From a bacterium (GTDB lineage Bacteria; Patescibacteriota; Minisyncoccia; Phycocordibacterales; UBA5272), in contig JAIXVU010000001.1 of the NCBI GenBank assembly GCA_027482685.1, positions 64,910-128,909 of the forward strand: a stretch of DNA of 64,000 bases. The letters are read 5' to 3'. Position 1 is the stretch's first letter. Each line of letters opens with the position of its first letter. The notes beneath the pieces were generated by a model. The model was not told the DNA's origin, did not search any database, and worked only from the letters and a program-made list of their open reading frames with translations. The position numbers and the translations under genes were made by a program. Shown in pieces: positions 49,101 to 59,235 of this stretch.

Positions 49101-50531
49101 ATGAAAAAGAATTCCTCTCCATGGTTACACCAACTCAATAGAACACGAGAGCCCGTAGTGATAGACAAGAATATCTCCACAGATATCACTATTGTTGGTG
49201 GAGGTATCGCAGGCGTTACTACTGCATACACTCTACTTCGAGATACAAAATATGACGTTGTGCTAATTGATAGCAATCTCATCGGTCACGGTGCAACTGG
49301 ACATAACGCTGGGCAACTTACTACCTATTTCGAAAGACCGTTGTCTGATATTGCGTCACAGTTCGGCGTAGAACTAACCTGTGAAGCTCAAAAAAATGTA
49401 GAATCTGCGTGGCTAGAATTAGATACTATTCAGCGAGAGGTAGGACTAAAAACCCCAATATACAAATTCACTGGTTATGCAGGCATGACGAAGCTCTCTC
49501 ATGTGTTGTTACGTCTTGCTGATAACATGATACGGTATGATGGAGGAATTCCTATAGAAAAAATGCTAATCGCGGATGATTTTGAATTTTTAGATCAGAT
49601 ACCTACTGTTTTTTCTCACCTCTATGAGATAACCAGCAAGCAAAATATACAAAAGATGTTAGAAACAGACAATGACGACTATGTTGCCCTACTTGTCTAT
49701 CCAAAAGGAGCAACTAACAGCGCTAAGATATGTGAAGAGCTGATTGAATATATGCTCACAACATACAAAGACAGATTCCATGTGTATGAAAGAACTCCAG
49801 CTAATACTATTATTCTAGAAAAAGAACATACTCTTATTGAGATTAATTTGAAGAAAGATGAGATGTTGGTTAATGACGCTACTCCAGACTTTACAATGCT
49901 AGCAAAGAAAATCATTTTATGTACGAATGGGTTTGAAGGTTTTAAGATTATCAATAACTTCGGTAAAGACATAGATGGTAAATTCCATCATCAGCTGCAT
50001 GGCCGTGTTAACTTCATGTCTGCATACTTAGACACTCTAGAAAAAGACCCTGTTGCTATAAGTTACTTTCCAAAGAACTCATCAATTGATGCACCTAAGG
50101 ACACTATAACTGGAGAGCAGTATTTCTATATCACCAGGAGACCTCACATGCACGATGGAGTTGAGATGGGGCTCATATCTACCGGTGGACCAGAAAGAAT
50201 TCTGCGAGATGATGAGAAGTACGACAGGAATAATCTGTGTGAAGTATGGGCCGAGCATGATATCGACACCTTTCTAAAAAAGAATTATAAAAAGTATCCT
50301 GGTGAAAAAGTACAATATCAATTTTGCTGGCATGGCCTTCTTGGGTATACCACTACTGGACTACGTCTCATTGGTGAAGAACCTTTAAATAGAACATTAC
50401 TCTATAACCTAGGGTGTAATGGTATAGGAATAATGCCTTCCATTTATGGCGCAAAAAGAATATCGCAAATACTACTAGGAATACCACAACCTCCGAGTAT
50501 CTTCGATCCAAAAATGAATACAGAGGAATAA
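49101..50531 (+). CDS. FAD-dependent oxidoreductase (DAO/PuuB-like)
   Basis: IVGGGIAG, GATGHNAG, ILCTNG, LGCNGIG. Confidence 0.85.
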   Translation: MKKNSSPWLHQLNRTREPVVIDKNISTDITIVGGGIAGVTTAYTLLRDTKYDVVLIDSNLIGHGATGHNAGQLTTYFERPLSDIASQFGVELTCEAQKNVESAWLELDTIQREVGLKTPIYKFTGYAGMTKLSHVLLRLADNMIRYDGGIPIEKMLIADDFEFLDQIPTVFSHLYEITSKQNIQKMLETDNDDYVALLVYPKGATNSAKICEELIEYMLTTYKDRFHVYERTPANTIILEKEHTLIEINLKKDEMLVNDATPDFTMLAKKIILCTNGFEGFKIINNFGKDIDGKFHHQLHGRVNFMSAYLDTLEKDPVAISYFPKNSSIDAPKDTITGEQYFYITRRPHMHDGVEMGLISTGGPERILRDDEKYDRNNLCEVWAEHDIDTFLKKNYKKYPGEKVQYQFCWHGLLGYTTTGLRLIGEEPLNRTLLYNLGCNGIGIMPSIYGAKRISQILLGIPQPPSIFDPKMNTEE

Positions 50532-50651
50532 TTCTTTTTATAATAATGCCTATTTCTATACCTTCATTGCAATGATTGTTATGTAGATATTATGCGACAA
50601 AGCAACCTCGTGAGAGGTGCTTTGTAACATACGTATAGAACTTATAATATT

Positions 50652-50891
50652 CTATATTGTCGAGATCTTTGGATTGTATGAGTCTTCCATTGTTGCCTTT
50701 GTTGAAAGGACAACAACACTATACAAAGCAGATAGTCCAACAATACCATAGACAAGTCTAGTGAGCATCGTCGCTTCACCAAAGATGTAACTTACAATAT
50801 CAGTACTGAAGATACTGATAATCCCCCAGTTAATACCACCAACTACAAGTAAAGCAAAAGCTACCCAATCAAACATATTAAGATTTTTCAT
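50652..50891 (-). CDS. DUF378 domain membrane protein
   Basis: LLVVGGINWG...RLVYGIVGLSALY. Confidence 0.85.
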   Translation of the reverse strand: MKNLNMFDWVAFALLVVGGINWGIISIFSTDIVSYIFGEATMLTRLVYGIVGLSALYSVVVLSTKATMEDSYNPKISTI

Positions 50892-51174
50892 GTATGTTTT
50901 TTTAGTTTATTTTTAATAGATATCAAACCAGATACAAGAGTCATTTTATATTAACCACAAAAACTTTTTTGTTTCGTTCTATACACTACCTCAAATGCAG
51001 GTTATGTCGACCGATATTGTATCGATTTGTTAAAGAGATCTAATAAGCTATAACCCTATAAGTAACTATATACCTTTCACAGAAAATAGATAGTACAAGT
51101 AGCATACTAAAATTTTGAAGATCAGCTTTAAGAAGTCACATTGTGATGTCTGGTCTTTGCTATACTTACTCTAC

Positions 51175-52074
51175 ATGGACACATCTAAGAACAACTCTCA
51201 TATAACACAGACACTTGTTATCTGTATTATTTTTGCATGTGGTGGATATCTCTATTATCAGACACATAGTGTATGCAACTTCCCGATACAATATTCAGTT
51301 GGTGAAGTAGATAGCCGTTTCAAAATTTCTCGCACAGAAGTACTTGAAGTTATAGATACTGCAACTAAAATCTGGGAGACACCAACTGGCAGTAATCTTT
51401 TCGAATATAATCCAGAGGGTAAGCTTAAGATAACTATGATCTACGACGAGAGACAAGAAGCAACAGAAAAAAGAAAAACACTCGAAGAGAATACAGAGAT
51501 ACTCAAAAATCAAGCAAAAAGTGTTCAAGATAGATATAAAAAGTTAGAAGCTGATTTTGATAACGAGCAAGCAGAGTACGAAGCTCTTCTTGTGGAGTAT
51601 AAACGTAATGAAGCGACCTATAATCAAACAGTGCAGTATTGGAATACACGCGGTGGTGCACCAGAAGCAATTTATGAAAGTCTACAACAACAAAAACAAT
51701 CACTTTCAAATACCTATGAAGCTGTTGAGTCAAAGCGTCAATCTGTTAATGCTAAAGTAAATGAGATTAATGCTTTTATGTCAGAATATAATAATATAGC
51801 AGAAAAAGTAAATACAACAATTGATGTAATAAATGAAGACGCGGGTCGAGAGTTTCAAGAAGGAACGTATACACCAAAGACTAAAATAATAACAATCTAT
51901 GAGTTCAGTGATAGGACTAAACTCTTGCGTGTCCTTGCCCATGAACTAGGTCACGCTCTTTCTCTTGATCATAACCCGAACCCAGAGTCCATTATGTACG
52001 AGTTAAATAAAAGCAATACTCTAACCGCATCGAAAGAAGACATAGACTCCCTAAAAGCACTATGCAAACTATAG
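51175..52074 (+). CDS. Matrixin (M10)-family metalloprotease with coiled-coil insert
   Basis: HELGHALSLDH...SIMY Met-turn; N-terminal TM. Confidence 0.88.
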   Translation: MDTSKNNSHITQTLVICIIFACGGYLYYQTHSVCNFPIQYSVGEVDSRFKISRTEVLEVIDTATKIWETPTGSNLFEYNPEGKLKITMIYDERQEATEKRKTLEENTEILKNQAKSVQDRYKKLEADFDNEQAEYEALLVEYKRNEATYNQTVQYWNTRGGAPEAIYESLQQQKQSLSNTYEAVESKRQSVNAKVNEINAFMSEYNNIAEKVNTTIDVINEDAGREFQEGTYTPKTKIITIYEFSDRTKLLRVLAHELGHALSLDHNPNPESIMYELNKSNTLTASKEDIDSLKALCKL

Positions 52075-53151
52075 TCGCACCGTCTCTTGTAAAACTGGTT
52101 CTTCTACACGCACAATGGTAAATGTAAGCCGTCCAACAATACGCTTGCTATCAGCTTTTATTGTTACCCGCCATAGACCTTCTGCGACATTATTTTTGTA
52201 TGAATACGCTCTATACCCTCCCACTCTCCCTCCTTCACTTATATATGGTATAACTGTGTTTGATACCCATTTTTTCTTATCCTCATCGTAATATTCCCAA
52301 ACCTGAGTAAGTGGAGCGGTGACCTTAGTTGGAGCTTTGACAGTAGCCAGGAAATATACACCTGTGTCATCGCTACTCATATGATACACAGGCCGAGACC
52401 AAAAACGCGGGATGAAATGTTTCTTGGCAACCTCACGCTCAACTATAAAGTCTGCCCCATCGCGTACAACAGAGTGGTATACCCCAGAACTTCCAAGTGA
52501 GAGCGGTACAGCAGGTAGGACATTCAAAAAGTAGAGCATACCTACAAACATAGGTATACCTATTGCAAGAGCATATCCCCTACCGGCTTCATGAGTTGCA
52601 ACTTCTGATCTATTCTTAAGAATGGATATGTATATAAGTCCTATTACTACACTAAGTATCATGCTACCTAAAAATACGAGATCATTTTGAATACTAAGTA
52701 ATATTGGTAATGTGAAAATAATATAAAATAAAAGTGCAACGAAAAGTACAGCAATATCTAATGTAAAACGATATTTATGAGACCCTATCATTTCATTTGA
52801 AATACTACAGATGAGCAATATGACAAGAAATGGCCATGACACTGAAAATGCTGCTCCGCGTATAGCATAGACAAACACAAATGAAAGCGCGGACCCTGAG
52901 AGATATGCAATACAAAATGTAAGCGTGGAGTATACCCTCTGTTCAAGAGCACTTGCTGTGTTACGTGAAGCAACCCATTCACGCACCACGATAAGTACAG
53001 CAATTGACGATATGTATGCAAGCCCAATATAGCGAGTGAGAGCATCGCCAATATCAGGAAGCAGTATCATGTCGATAGTGAACCCTATAACAAAAAGTAT
53101 CGTCGTAGCATGCTTAGTATATGTTGAAAGTGAAAAGAGCTTACGATACAT
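52069..53151 (-). CDS. Multi-TM protein with C-terminal DUF2914-like domain
   Basis: GGRVGGYRAYS.K....G.WRV motif after ~7 TM segments. Confidence 0.75.
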   Translation of the reverse strand: MYRKLFSLSTYTKHATTILFVIGFTIDMILLPDIGDALTRYIGLAYISSIAVLIVVREWVASRNTASALEQRVYSTLTFCIAYLSGSALSFVFVYAIRGAAFSVSWPFLVILLICSISNEMIGSHKYRFTLDIAVLFVALLFYIIFTLPILLSIQNDLVFLGSMILSVVIGLIYISILKNRSEVATHEAGRGYALAIGIPMFVGMLYFLNVLPAVPLSLGSSGVYHSVVRDGADFIVEREVAKKHFIPRFWSRPVYHMSSDDTGVYFLATVKAPTKVTAPLTQVWEYYDEDKKKWVSNTVIPYISEGGRVGGYRAYSYKNNVAEGLWRVTIKADSKRIVGRLTFTIVRVEEPVLQETVRL

Positions 53152-53160
53152 ACACGTTAA

Positions 53161-54168
53161 TTACTCTATAGTACCTACATATATTGCAATTACTGCGGTC
53201 CATCCATGTACATGTGATATATCAATAAGGTAGCGCTTAGCGAGAAGAAGCTCAATATGCTTTGATGTAAAAAACAAAGGATATTCTTTTGTCAGCCCCT
53301 CAATGAATACTTGCTCTTTTGATGTAGTATGAATACCTGTGGCTTTAATAAGCAACCCTTGGCGGATAATCTCAAGAATATCATCATACAATGCTTGAGC
53401 ATCAATACCTCTGTGTTCAATATCAGCAAGAATTGTGACAAGCGATGAAGTGTCTTTTTTGCATAATGCTGTTATGACTTCAAAAAGCTTCGCCTTGTGT
53501 GAAGTTCCTAAGAAATTCTCAACTAGCTCAGGATCGATTTTCTTTTCTGAAATGCGAAGAACTTGTTCTAGTACCCCAAGAGCATCACGATATGATCCAT
53601 TACCACGACGTGCAATTAAGGTAGCCGATGATTCATCAAGCGTGTATCCTTCTTGCTTTGCAACGTAGATGAGTTGATTACGAAGGACCTCTACTGTTGG
53701 CTGGTTGAATACAATTTTTTGACATCGAGAAACAATAGTCTCTGGAAGTTTATCAGGATCAGTAGTAGCAAGAATAAAAATGACATGTGCAGGCGGTTCT
53801 TCAAGAGTTTTAAGAAAAGCATTTGCTGCTTCTTTTGTGAGCATGTGCGCTTCATCAATGATATATACTTTGTAACGGCTAGAGAAAGGTTGGGTACGCA
53901 CAGCTTCGCGTAAATCACGAATGTTATCAATTAGACGATTACTTGCCGCATCAATTTCAATGATATCTTCATCATTTGAGCCAACACTTTTAGCGAAAAT
54001 TCTTGCAACAGAGGTCTTCCCTGTTCCACGACCACCACAGAAAAGGTATGCATGAGCTATTTTATCCTGCTCAATGCTTTTCTTAAGTAACGATACGAGA
54101 GCATCCTGCCCAACAACACTATCAAAACTCTGCGGACGGTATTTACGATACAGGGCGAGATGATTCAT
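53161..54168 (-). CDS. dnaX: DNA polymerase III subunit gamma/tau (short form)
   Basis: LYRKYRPQSF, GGRGTGKT, IDAASNR, IIDEAHML, LKTLEEPP, SRC. Confidence 0.95.
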   Translation of the reverse strand: MNHLALYRKYRPQSFDSVVGQDALVSLLKKSIEQDKIAHAYLFCGGRGTGKTSVARIFAKSVGSNDEDIIEIDAASNRLIDNIRDLREAVRTQPFSSRYKVYIIDEAHMLTKEAANAFLKTLEEPPAHVIFILATTDPDKLPETIVSRCQKIVFNQPTVEVLRNQLIYVAKQEGYTLDESSATLIARRGNGSYRDALGVLEQVLRISEKKIDPELVENFLGTSHKAKLFEVITALCKKDTSSLVTILADIEHRGIDAQALYDDILEIIRQGLLIKATGIHTTSKEQVFIEGLTKEYPLFFTSKHIELLLAKRYLIDISHVHGWTAVIAIYVGTIE

Positions 54169-54228
54169 GGGAAAAGTATATCATGTTTACTTTTGTTGGT
54201 GTTGGAAACGGAAACAATCGTAGTGTTG

Positions 54229-54257
54229 TTGACATATACTACTACAGTATGTATAAT
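54229..54257 (+). promoter_or_regulatory. Consensus sigma70 promoter
   Basis: TTGACA-17 nt-TATAAT. Confidence 0.75.
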
Positions 54258-54284
54258 GCAATTCCACTTTTGAAGGAGTTTGCA

Positions 54285-54566
54285 ATGATTCACAAAGACG
54301 GAAATCTTGGCATCTCTTTTGAAAGCCAAGAACTTGTTGTTCATGAGTTCGTTCCAGATGTGCCATGGTGGCCAGAACATGGTTCGTGGCGTGAAGTTGC
54401 TCGGTGTACGGAAGTGAAACAATGGGATGAATGTAGTTATTCCAAGCTACTCACTGACCAGTACCTTCAAGATATGATTACGTGGCACTTTATTGACCAG
54501 GTAACTCCTACCCTCACCGGGCAGGAGTTTTTTTATACTTACTCTATATTTGACGTTAACCATTGA
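54285..54566 (+). CDS. Orphan hypothetical protein
   Basis: SD AAGGAG + ATG 54285 downstream of consensus promoter. Confidence 0.6.
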   Translation: MIHKDGNLGISFESQELVVHEFVPDVPWWPEHGSWREVARCTEVKQWDECSYSKLLTDQYLQDMITWHFIDQVTPTLTGQEFFYTYSIFDVNH

Positions 54567-55573
54567 GAAACTTTTTCTTCTACTTCTTTTGCGTTAGTAC
54601 ATTCCATGAGTTCCATACGAAGTTCTTTTGCACCATCAAAACCATTAACATATGCTTTGTAGTGTTTCTTCATAATAGCGAAGCTCTTGATGTCTCCTAA
54701 CTTCTCTTCGTATAATTTTGTATGCTCCACAAGTATCTCTAGTCTTTCCTTCACACTCTTACCTTTGTTATACGCCTCTTCATCAAAGAACCATGGAGTA
54801 CCAAATACTCCACGTCCGATCATTACACCGTTGCAACCTGTCTCGTTAGCAAGCTTTTTACCTTGTGTTACAGAAGTAACATCGCCATTACCTAGAAGTA
54901 TCGTCCCCCCATCTTGTACTTCTCCTGTCATTTGACGAACAAGCGCTACAACTTCGGGCATAAGCTCCCAGTGAGCTGGGACTTTTGACATTTCTTTTCT
55001 CGTACGTAGATGAACAGTAAGAGCTGGGATATTACATTCAAGAATCTTAGGTAGCCATTCCATGAATTCTACTTTGTTGTATCCGATACGGGTCTTAACT
55101 GATACGGGAATATCGCCTGCTCCTTCTTGAGCGGCTCGGATTACCTTTTGTGCCTGTCGCCAGTCTTTGATGTGCGCTGCTCCTGCTCCTTGTTTTTCTA
55201 TACTCTTATCTGGGCATCCCATGTTAATATCTATTCCATCAAAACCAAGTTCACGACATAATGCCGCAGCCTTCTTCATATTCTCAGGAGTAGAGGTAAA
55301 TAATTGCGCAATGATTGGTCTCTCTTTATCAGTAAAAACAAGATCACGCTTAAGAATTTCACGACCGGCACTTGTTAGTCCATCAGCTGATACAAACTCT
55401 GTCCATATAACATCTGGTCCACCACCTTGTTCTCCCATGCGACTATGACGAGCTATCATATCACGGAATACACAGTCTGTAACATCCGCCATAGGAGCAA
55501 GAACGGTAAGCGTCTCACCTTTTGTTAATTTTTCATCTATTAACCTTTGCCAAAAACCACGAACTGGGTTCAT
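54539..55573 (-). CDS. tRNA-dihydrouridine synthase
   Basis: LAPMADVTD, DINMGCP, VSVKTRIG, VHLRT, GNGDV, VMIGRG. Confidence 0.93.
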   Translation of the reverse strand: MNPVRGFWQRLIDEKLTKGETLTVLAPMADVTDCVFRDMIARHSRMGEQGGGPDVIWTEFVSADGLTSAGREILKRDLVFTDKERPIIAQLFTSTPENMKKAAALCRELGFDGIDINMGCPDKSIEKQGAGAAHIKDWRQAQKVIRAAQEGAGDIPVSVKTRIGYNKVEFMEWLPKILECNIPALTVHLRTRKEMSKVPAHWELMPEVVALVRQMTGEVQDGGTILLGNGDVTSVTQGKKLANETGCNGVMIGRGVFGTPWFFDEEAYNKGKSVKERLEILVEHTKLYEEKLGDIKSFAIMKKHYKAYVNGFDGAKELRMELMECTNAKEVEEKVSQWLTSNIE

Positions 55574-55598
55574 GGGAACTTTTTTAATTGTTGTAGGC

Positions 55599-56423
55599 CT
55601 AACGAGATCTAGTAGATGTCGAATTAGTACGTGTAGAACTTGCATATGATGTAGTATCGTCCCCGATTATAGCTTTCTCTGTACCATTTGTAAAACGATA
55701 AAATACTTTGTTTCCAAAACGTGCGTCTAAATATAGTAGTTTTTCTTTTTGAAGTTTACTCTTAAGCGGTTCAGTATCTATAGCACTTACTATTGTTGAC
55801 CAGACAAGCGAAGCATCTGATGATGACGCGACTCTAATCTCAGATTTTGTTTGTTTTGAACGTAGGTATGCATCTCCACGTTCATCAATATAAATCTCAG
55901 TAATAGGAAAAAGCGCTGAACTGATCTTAGTGTGTAAAGTAAAGAGTGCTTGTAGCACTTCAGGTGAAGGTAGAGTTGAAGTACTTGTAATGAGAATTGG
56001 AAGAGTGCTAATATCGTATATTTCCTTGTAAACTACTCCATTAGCACTGATAGCTTGAACATCGTTCTTACGAAATAATGGCGTGTATGGAGTTACGGTT
56101 ATCCGGAGTGTCTGAGGGGTAGGCGGGTAGATGGTTATTGTATCCGTGTTTGGAAGGACTTCACGAATAAGATTTTTTATATCAGTTCTATGATAGGTGA
56201 AAATACTATTCCCAGGGAGAAAGAAAAGAATCTTACGTGTAGAAAGTTCTTGTAAGGTTAAGATAAGATTTTCTTTATAGATATCATCTACTCCTACTAA
56301 GTCATATGTTTTGATAGAGAAAATCGTTGTAAAAAAATAACAAAAAAGAAATGCTATACCTAGAAGTATAATAATAATCCGCGGGAGTAACCTCTTCCAA
56401 AGTAATGCAGAGCGTTTTTTCAT
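55599..56423 (-). CDS. FtsQ/DivIB-like cell division protein
   Basis: Basic N-terminus, TM, POTRA-like region, C-terminal YLDARFGNKVFY. Confidence 0.65.
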   Translation of the reverse strand: MKKRSALLWKRLLPRIIIILLGIAFLFCYFFTTIFSIKTYDLVGVDDIYKENLILTLQELSTRKILFFLPGNSIFTYHRTDIKNLIREVLPNTDTITIYPPTPQTLRITVTPYTPLFRKNDVQAISANGVVYKEIYDISTLPILITSTSTLPSPEVLQALFTLHTKISSALFPITEIYIDERGDAYLRSKQTKSEIRVASSSDASLVWSTIVSAIDTEPLKSKLQKEKLLYLDARFGNKVFYRFTNGTEKAIIGDDTTSYASSTRTNSTSTRSR

Positions 56424-56438
56424 CAAATAGATATACAA

Positions 56439-57710
56439 TTAACTACGAAATGGGGATCCAAGCACTGTTTTACCGTTCATGAATGGTACAAGCACATCTG
56501 GAACACGTATTGTGCCATCAGCCTGCTGATAATTTTCAATAATCGCTGTTAGAAGACGCGGAGTTGCTGCAGCAGTGTTATTAAGGGAATGAGTATATTG
56601 GAGCTTGTCATTATCCTTATATCGAATATTAAGCCGTCGTGTTTGATAATCGTGGAAATAGCTCGCTGAGTGTGTTTCGCGATACTTATTTTGTGATGGC
56701 ATCCATGCCTCTATATCATATTTTTTTACTTGACCCTGTCCAAGATCTCCACCACAATTAATAACAGTGTGATATGGAATGCCTAGCTCTTCCATCATCT
56801 CTTCTGCATGAGCGCGAATCTCTTCATGGAACTTTACTGATGTCTCGTGACTTGCTTCGCAGAGTATAACTTGCTCACACTTATAGAATTCATGTACACG
56901 AACCAGGCCTTTTACATCCTTGCCGTGACTACCTGCTTCTTTTCGAAAACACGGACTCCAAACAATGTATTTTTTTGGAAGAGATGCCTTATCTAACACC
57001 TCATCACTGTGATAGAACATTGTCGCAACCTCTCCAGTGCCTGCCATGTAGTCGTTACCATCTTTATACAAATCATCTTCTCCTTGTGGTAGATATCCAG
57101 TGCCTAGGAGGGCTTCACGTTTAACCAATGATGGGACAAGCATAGGTTCAAAACCCTTTGCCTGCCATCTCTGCATGACGTAGCTCCATATCGCCATCTC
57201 AAGCATTGCTCCATCATTCTTGAGAAAATACCCTCTGAATCCAGCAGTTTTTGTACCACGTTCAAAGTCCACCATAGCATGAGCTTCCATCAGCTCTATG
57301 TGATCAAGTGGAGTAAATGACTTTCCTTCAATATCACCCCAACGCTTGACTTCAACATTATCAGCATCACTTGCTCCTTCAGGGACAGACATATCTGGAA
57401 TGTTAGGCACTGCAAGCATGAGTATACGCCATGACTTCATCACTTCTTCTAATTCTTCTTCTTTTGCTTTTAAGCTCTCTTTTACATTTCGCATCTCATC
57501 GATTAGAGTTGTACGCTCTAATGCCTGTGCTTTTGTGATAGCGTCACTTGCAGCGTTTTGCTTTGCACGGAGATCTTCTACAACTTTTAGGAGTTCTAAC
57601 CGTTTAGAGTCAGCTGCGATGAGATCGTCAACATTGAAAGACATGTGCTTTTTCGTTGCTGCAAGTTTGATGAGGTCACTATTCTCACGAATGAATTTAA
57701 TATCTAACAT
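56439..57710 (-). CDS. serS: Serine--tRNA ligase
   Basis: MLDIKFIREN, CFRKEAG, GLVRVHEF, KKYDIEAW, HSLNNT. Confidence 0.97.
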   Translation of the reverse strand: MLDIKFIRENSDLIKLAATKKHMSFNVDDLIAADSKRLELLKVVEDLRAKQNAASDAITKAQALERTTLIDEMRNVKESLKAKEEELEEVMKSWRILMLAVPNIPDMSVPEGASDADNVEVKRWGDIEGKSFTPLDHIELMEAHAMVDFERGTKTAGFRGYFLKNDGAMLEMAIWSYVMQRWQAKGFEPMLVPSLVKREALLGTGYLPQGEDDLYKDGNDYMAGTGEVATMFYHSDEVLDKASLPKKYIVWSPCFRKEAGSHGKDVKGLVRVHEFYKCEQVILCEASHETSVKFHEEIRAHAEEMMEELGIPYHTVINCGGDLGQGQVKKYDIEAWMPSQNKYRETHSASYFHDYQTRRLNIRYKDNDKLQYTHSLNNTAAATPRLLTAIIENYQQADGTIRVPDVLVPFMNGKTVLGSPFRS

Positions 57711-57778
57711 AATGTGTATAAGTGTAGCATGTTTATAATACCTTATAAAAGTGCACTAGGCACGGTATACTAGGTGAT

Positions 57779-58447
57779 ATGATTATTGACGAAAAAGACG
57801 AAACAATGTATAAAAACATGTCATATGTTACCCCGCATGTATACCGTCATGATACAAGTTACAAACGAATACCTAAAACACTAAGAGAAAAAACTGCTAA
57901 ATGTATTGTGCACTTGCTTGCACTTTTTTTTAATATTGTATTTAAATTTCGATATGGACATCGCGCAATTGTCTTAGAAACAATTGCAGCAGTCCCAGGA
58001 ATGGTTGGGGCGCTCTTCCAACACCTAAAATCACTTCGTCGTATCCAAAAAGATCACGGACGTATACGAGCATTGCTTGATGAGGCTGAAAATGAGCGCG
58101 TACACCTTCTTGTTTATAACCAGATAGCTAAACCAACGACTTTCGAGCGACTACTTATTATCGGAGCACAAATGTTTTTCTTTATATTTTATTTTTGTTT
58201 GTATGCTGTCTCATCGAAAACAGCACACTGCGTCGTTGGATATCTAGAAGAAGAAGCAATTCACAGCTATACAAGATATCATGAACTTGTTGTTATGGGT
58301 ATGCATAAAAATGTACCAGCTACAGAGCTTGCAAAGATGTATTGGAATCTCCCAGATGATGCGCGGTTAACGGACATAATAGATGCAACGATTAAAGATG
58401 AGACACTTCATCGTGATGTAAATCACAAGTTTGCTGATGTACTCTAG
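57779..58447 (+). CDS. aox: Alternative oxidase (di-iron ubiquinol oxidase)
   Basis: LETIAAVPGMV, EAENERVHL, VGYLEEEAIHSYT, DETLHRDVNH. Confidence 0.93.
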   Translation: MIIDEKDETMYKNMSYVTPHVYRHDTSYKRIPKTLREKTAKCIVHLLALFFNIVFKFRYGHRAIVLETIAAVPGMVGALFQHLKSLRRIQKDHGRIRALLDEAENERVHLLVYNQIAKPTTFERLLIIGAQMFFFIFYFCLYAVSSKTAHCVVGYLEEEAIHSYTRYHELVVMGMHKNVPATELAKMYWNLPDDARLTDIIDATIKDETLHRDVNHKFADVL

Positions 58448-58517
58448 TGTATGCAAATAATGCCCACATCCGATGGATGTGGGCATTTGAAAGATGGACT
58501 TTTCTACTGTGCTATTA

Positions 58518-59120
58518 CTACACACGCATAGTCCAGTTTGTGTTATAACGTTCGGGGTATCGTGGCGTAACCCCGCTATAGAATGCGCGGATATGTTCCA
58601 TGACACTTGCATGATCTTCTGTCGGAGTGATATATCCTCCGATACCTACGTAGCGACAACGGTAGTCGACATATCCGTAGGCAATCGGCACATGTGCCAT
58701 CCGTGCAATATGGTAGAAACCGCTCCTCCATACAGGGGTAAAAGATCTTGTTCCTTCTGGTGCAACCATGACCATCAATGGTCCATCATGTGTTGCAATA
58801 TAATCTGCCATACAGAGAACCTTATCCCCTCGTACATTGCGATTGACGGGAATCATTCCAAGTTTTGTCATGATCGCATGAAATGGGAACCGTGCCAACT
58901 GCTTCTTGCCCATCCAGCGCATTGGTAGACCCAGTTGCAGTCCAGCCAAAAGCATGATCACCACATCGATGTTGCTCGTATGCGGAGCGGCGATCACAAC
59001 GCACTTCTCGATAGATGATGGGAGAATGTTCCTAGCTTCCCATCCCATGATCGACAAGATACGATGAGCGATCCACCCAAGAATGGTGTTGACCCGAGAT
59101 GATTCAAAGATTGTTTTCAT
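58518..59120 (-). CDS. 1-acyl-sn-glycerol-3-phosphate acyltransferase (PlsC-like)
   Basis: APHTSNID (HxxxxD), PVNR, APEGTRS, WRSGFYHIA. Confidence 0.88.
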   Translation of the reverse strand: MKTIFESSRVNTILGWIAHRILSIMGWEARNILPSSIEKCVVIAAPHTSNIDVVIMLLAGLQLGLPMRWMGKKQLARFPFHAIMTKLGMIPVNRNVRGDKVLCMADYIATHDGPLMVMVAPEGTRSFTPVWRSGFYHIARMAHVPIAYGYVDYRCRYVGIGGYITPTEDHASVMEHIRAFYSGVTPRYPERYNTNWTMRV

Positions 59121-59235
59121 CGTACAAAAACCCTTATGATTGAACGTAGGACTTTGCCTACAAAAGAACAACGGAGTATAAGTATGCCTGATAATGAAGA
59201 TATTTACAACGTTTACAGAAAAAGAAGCATATTAG

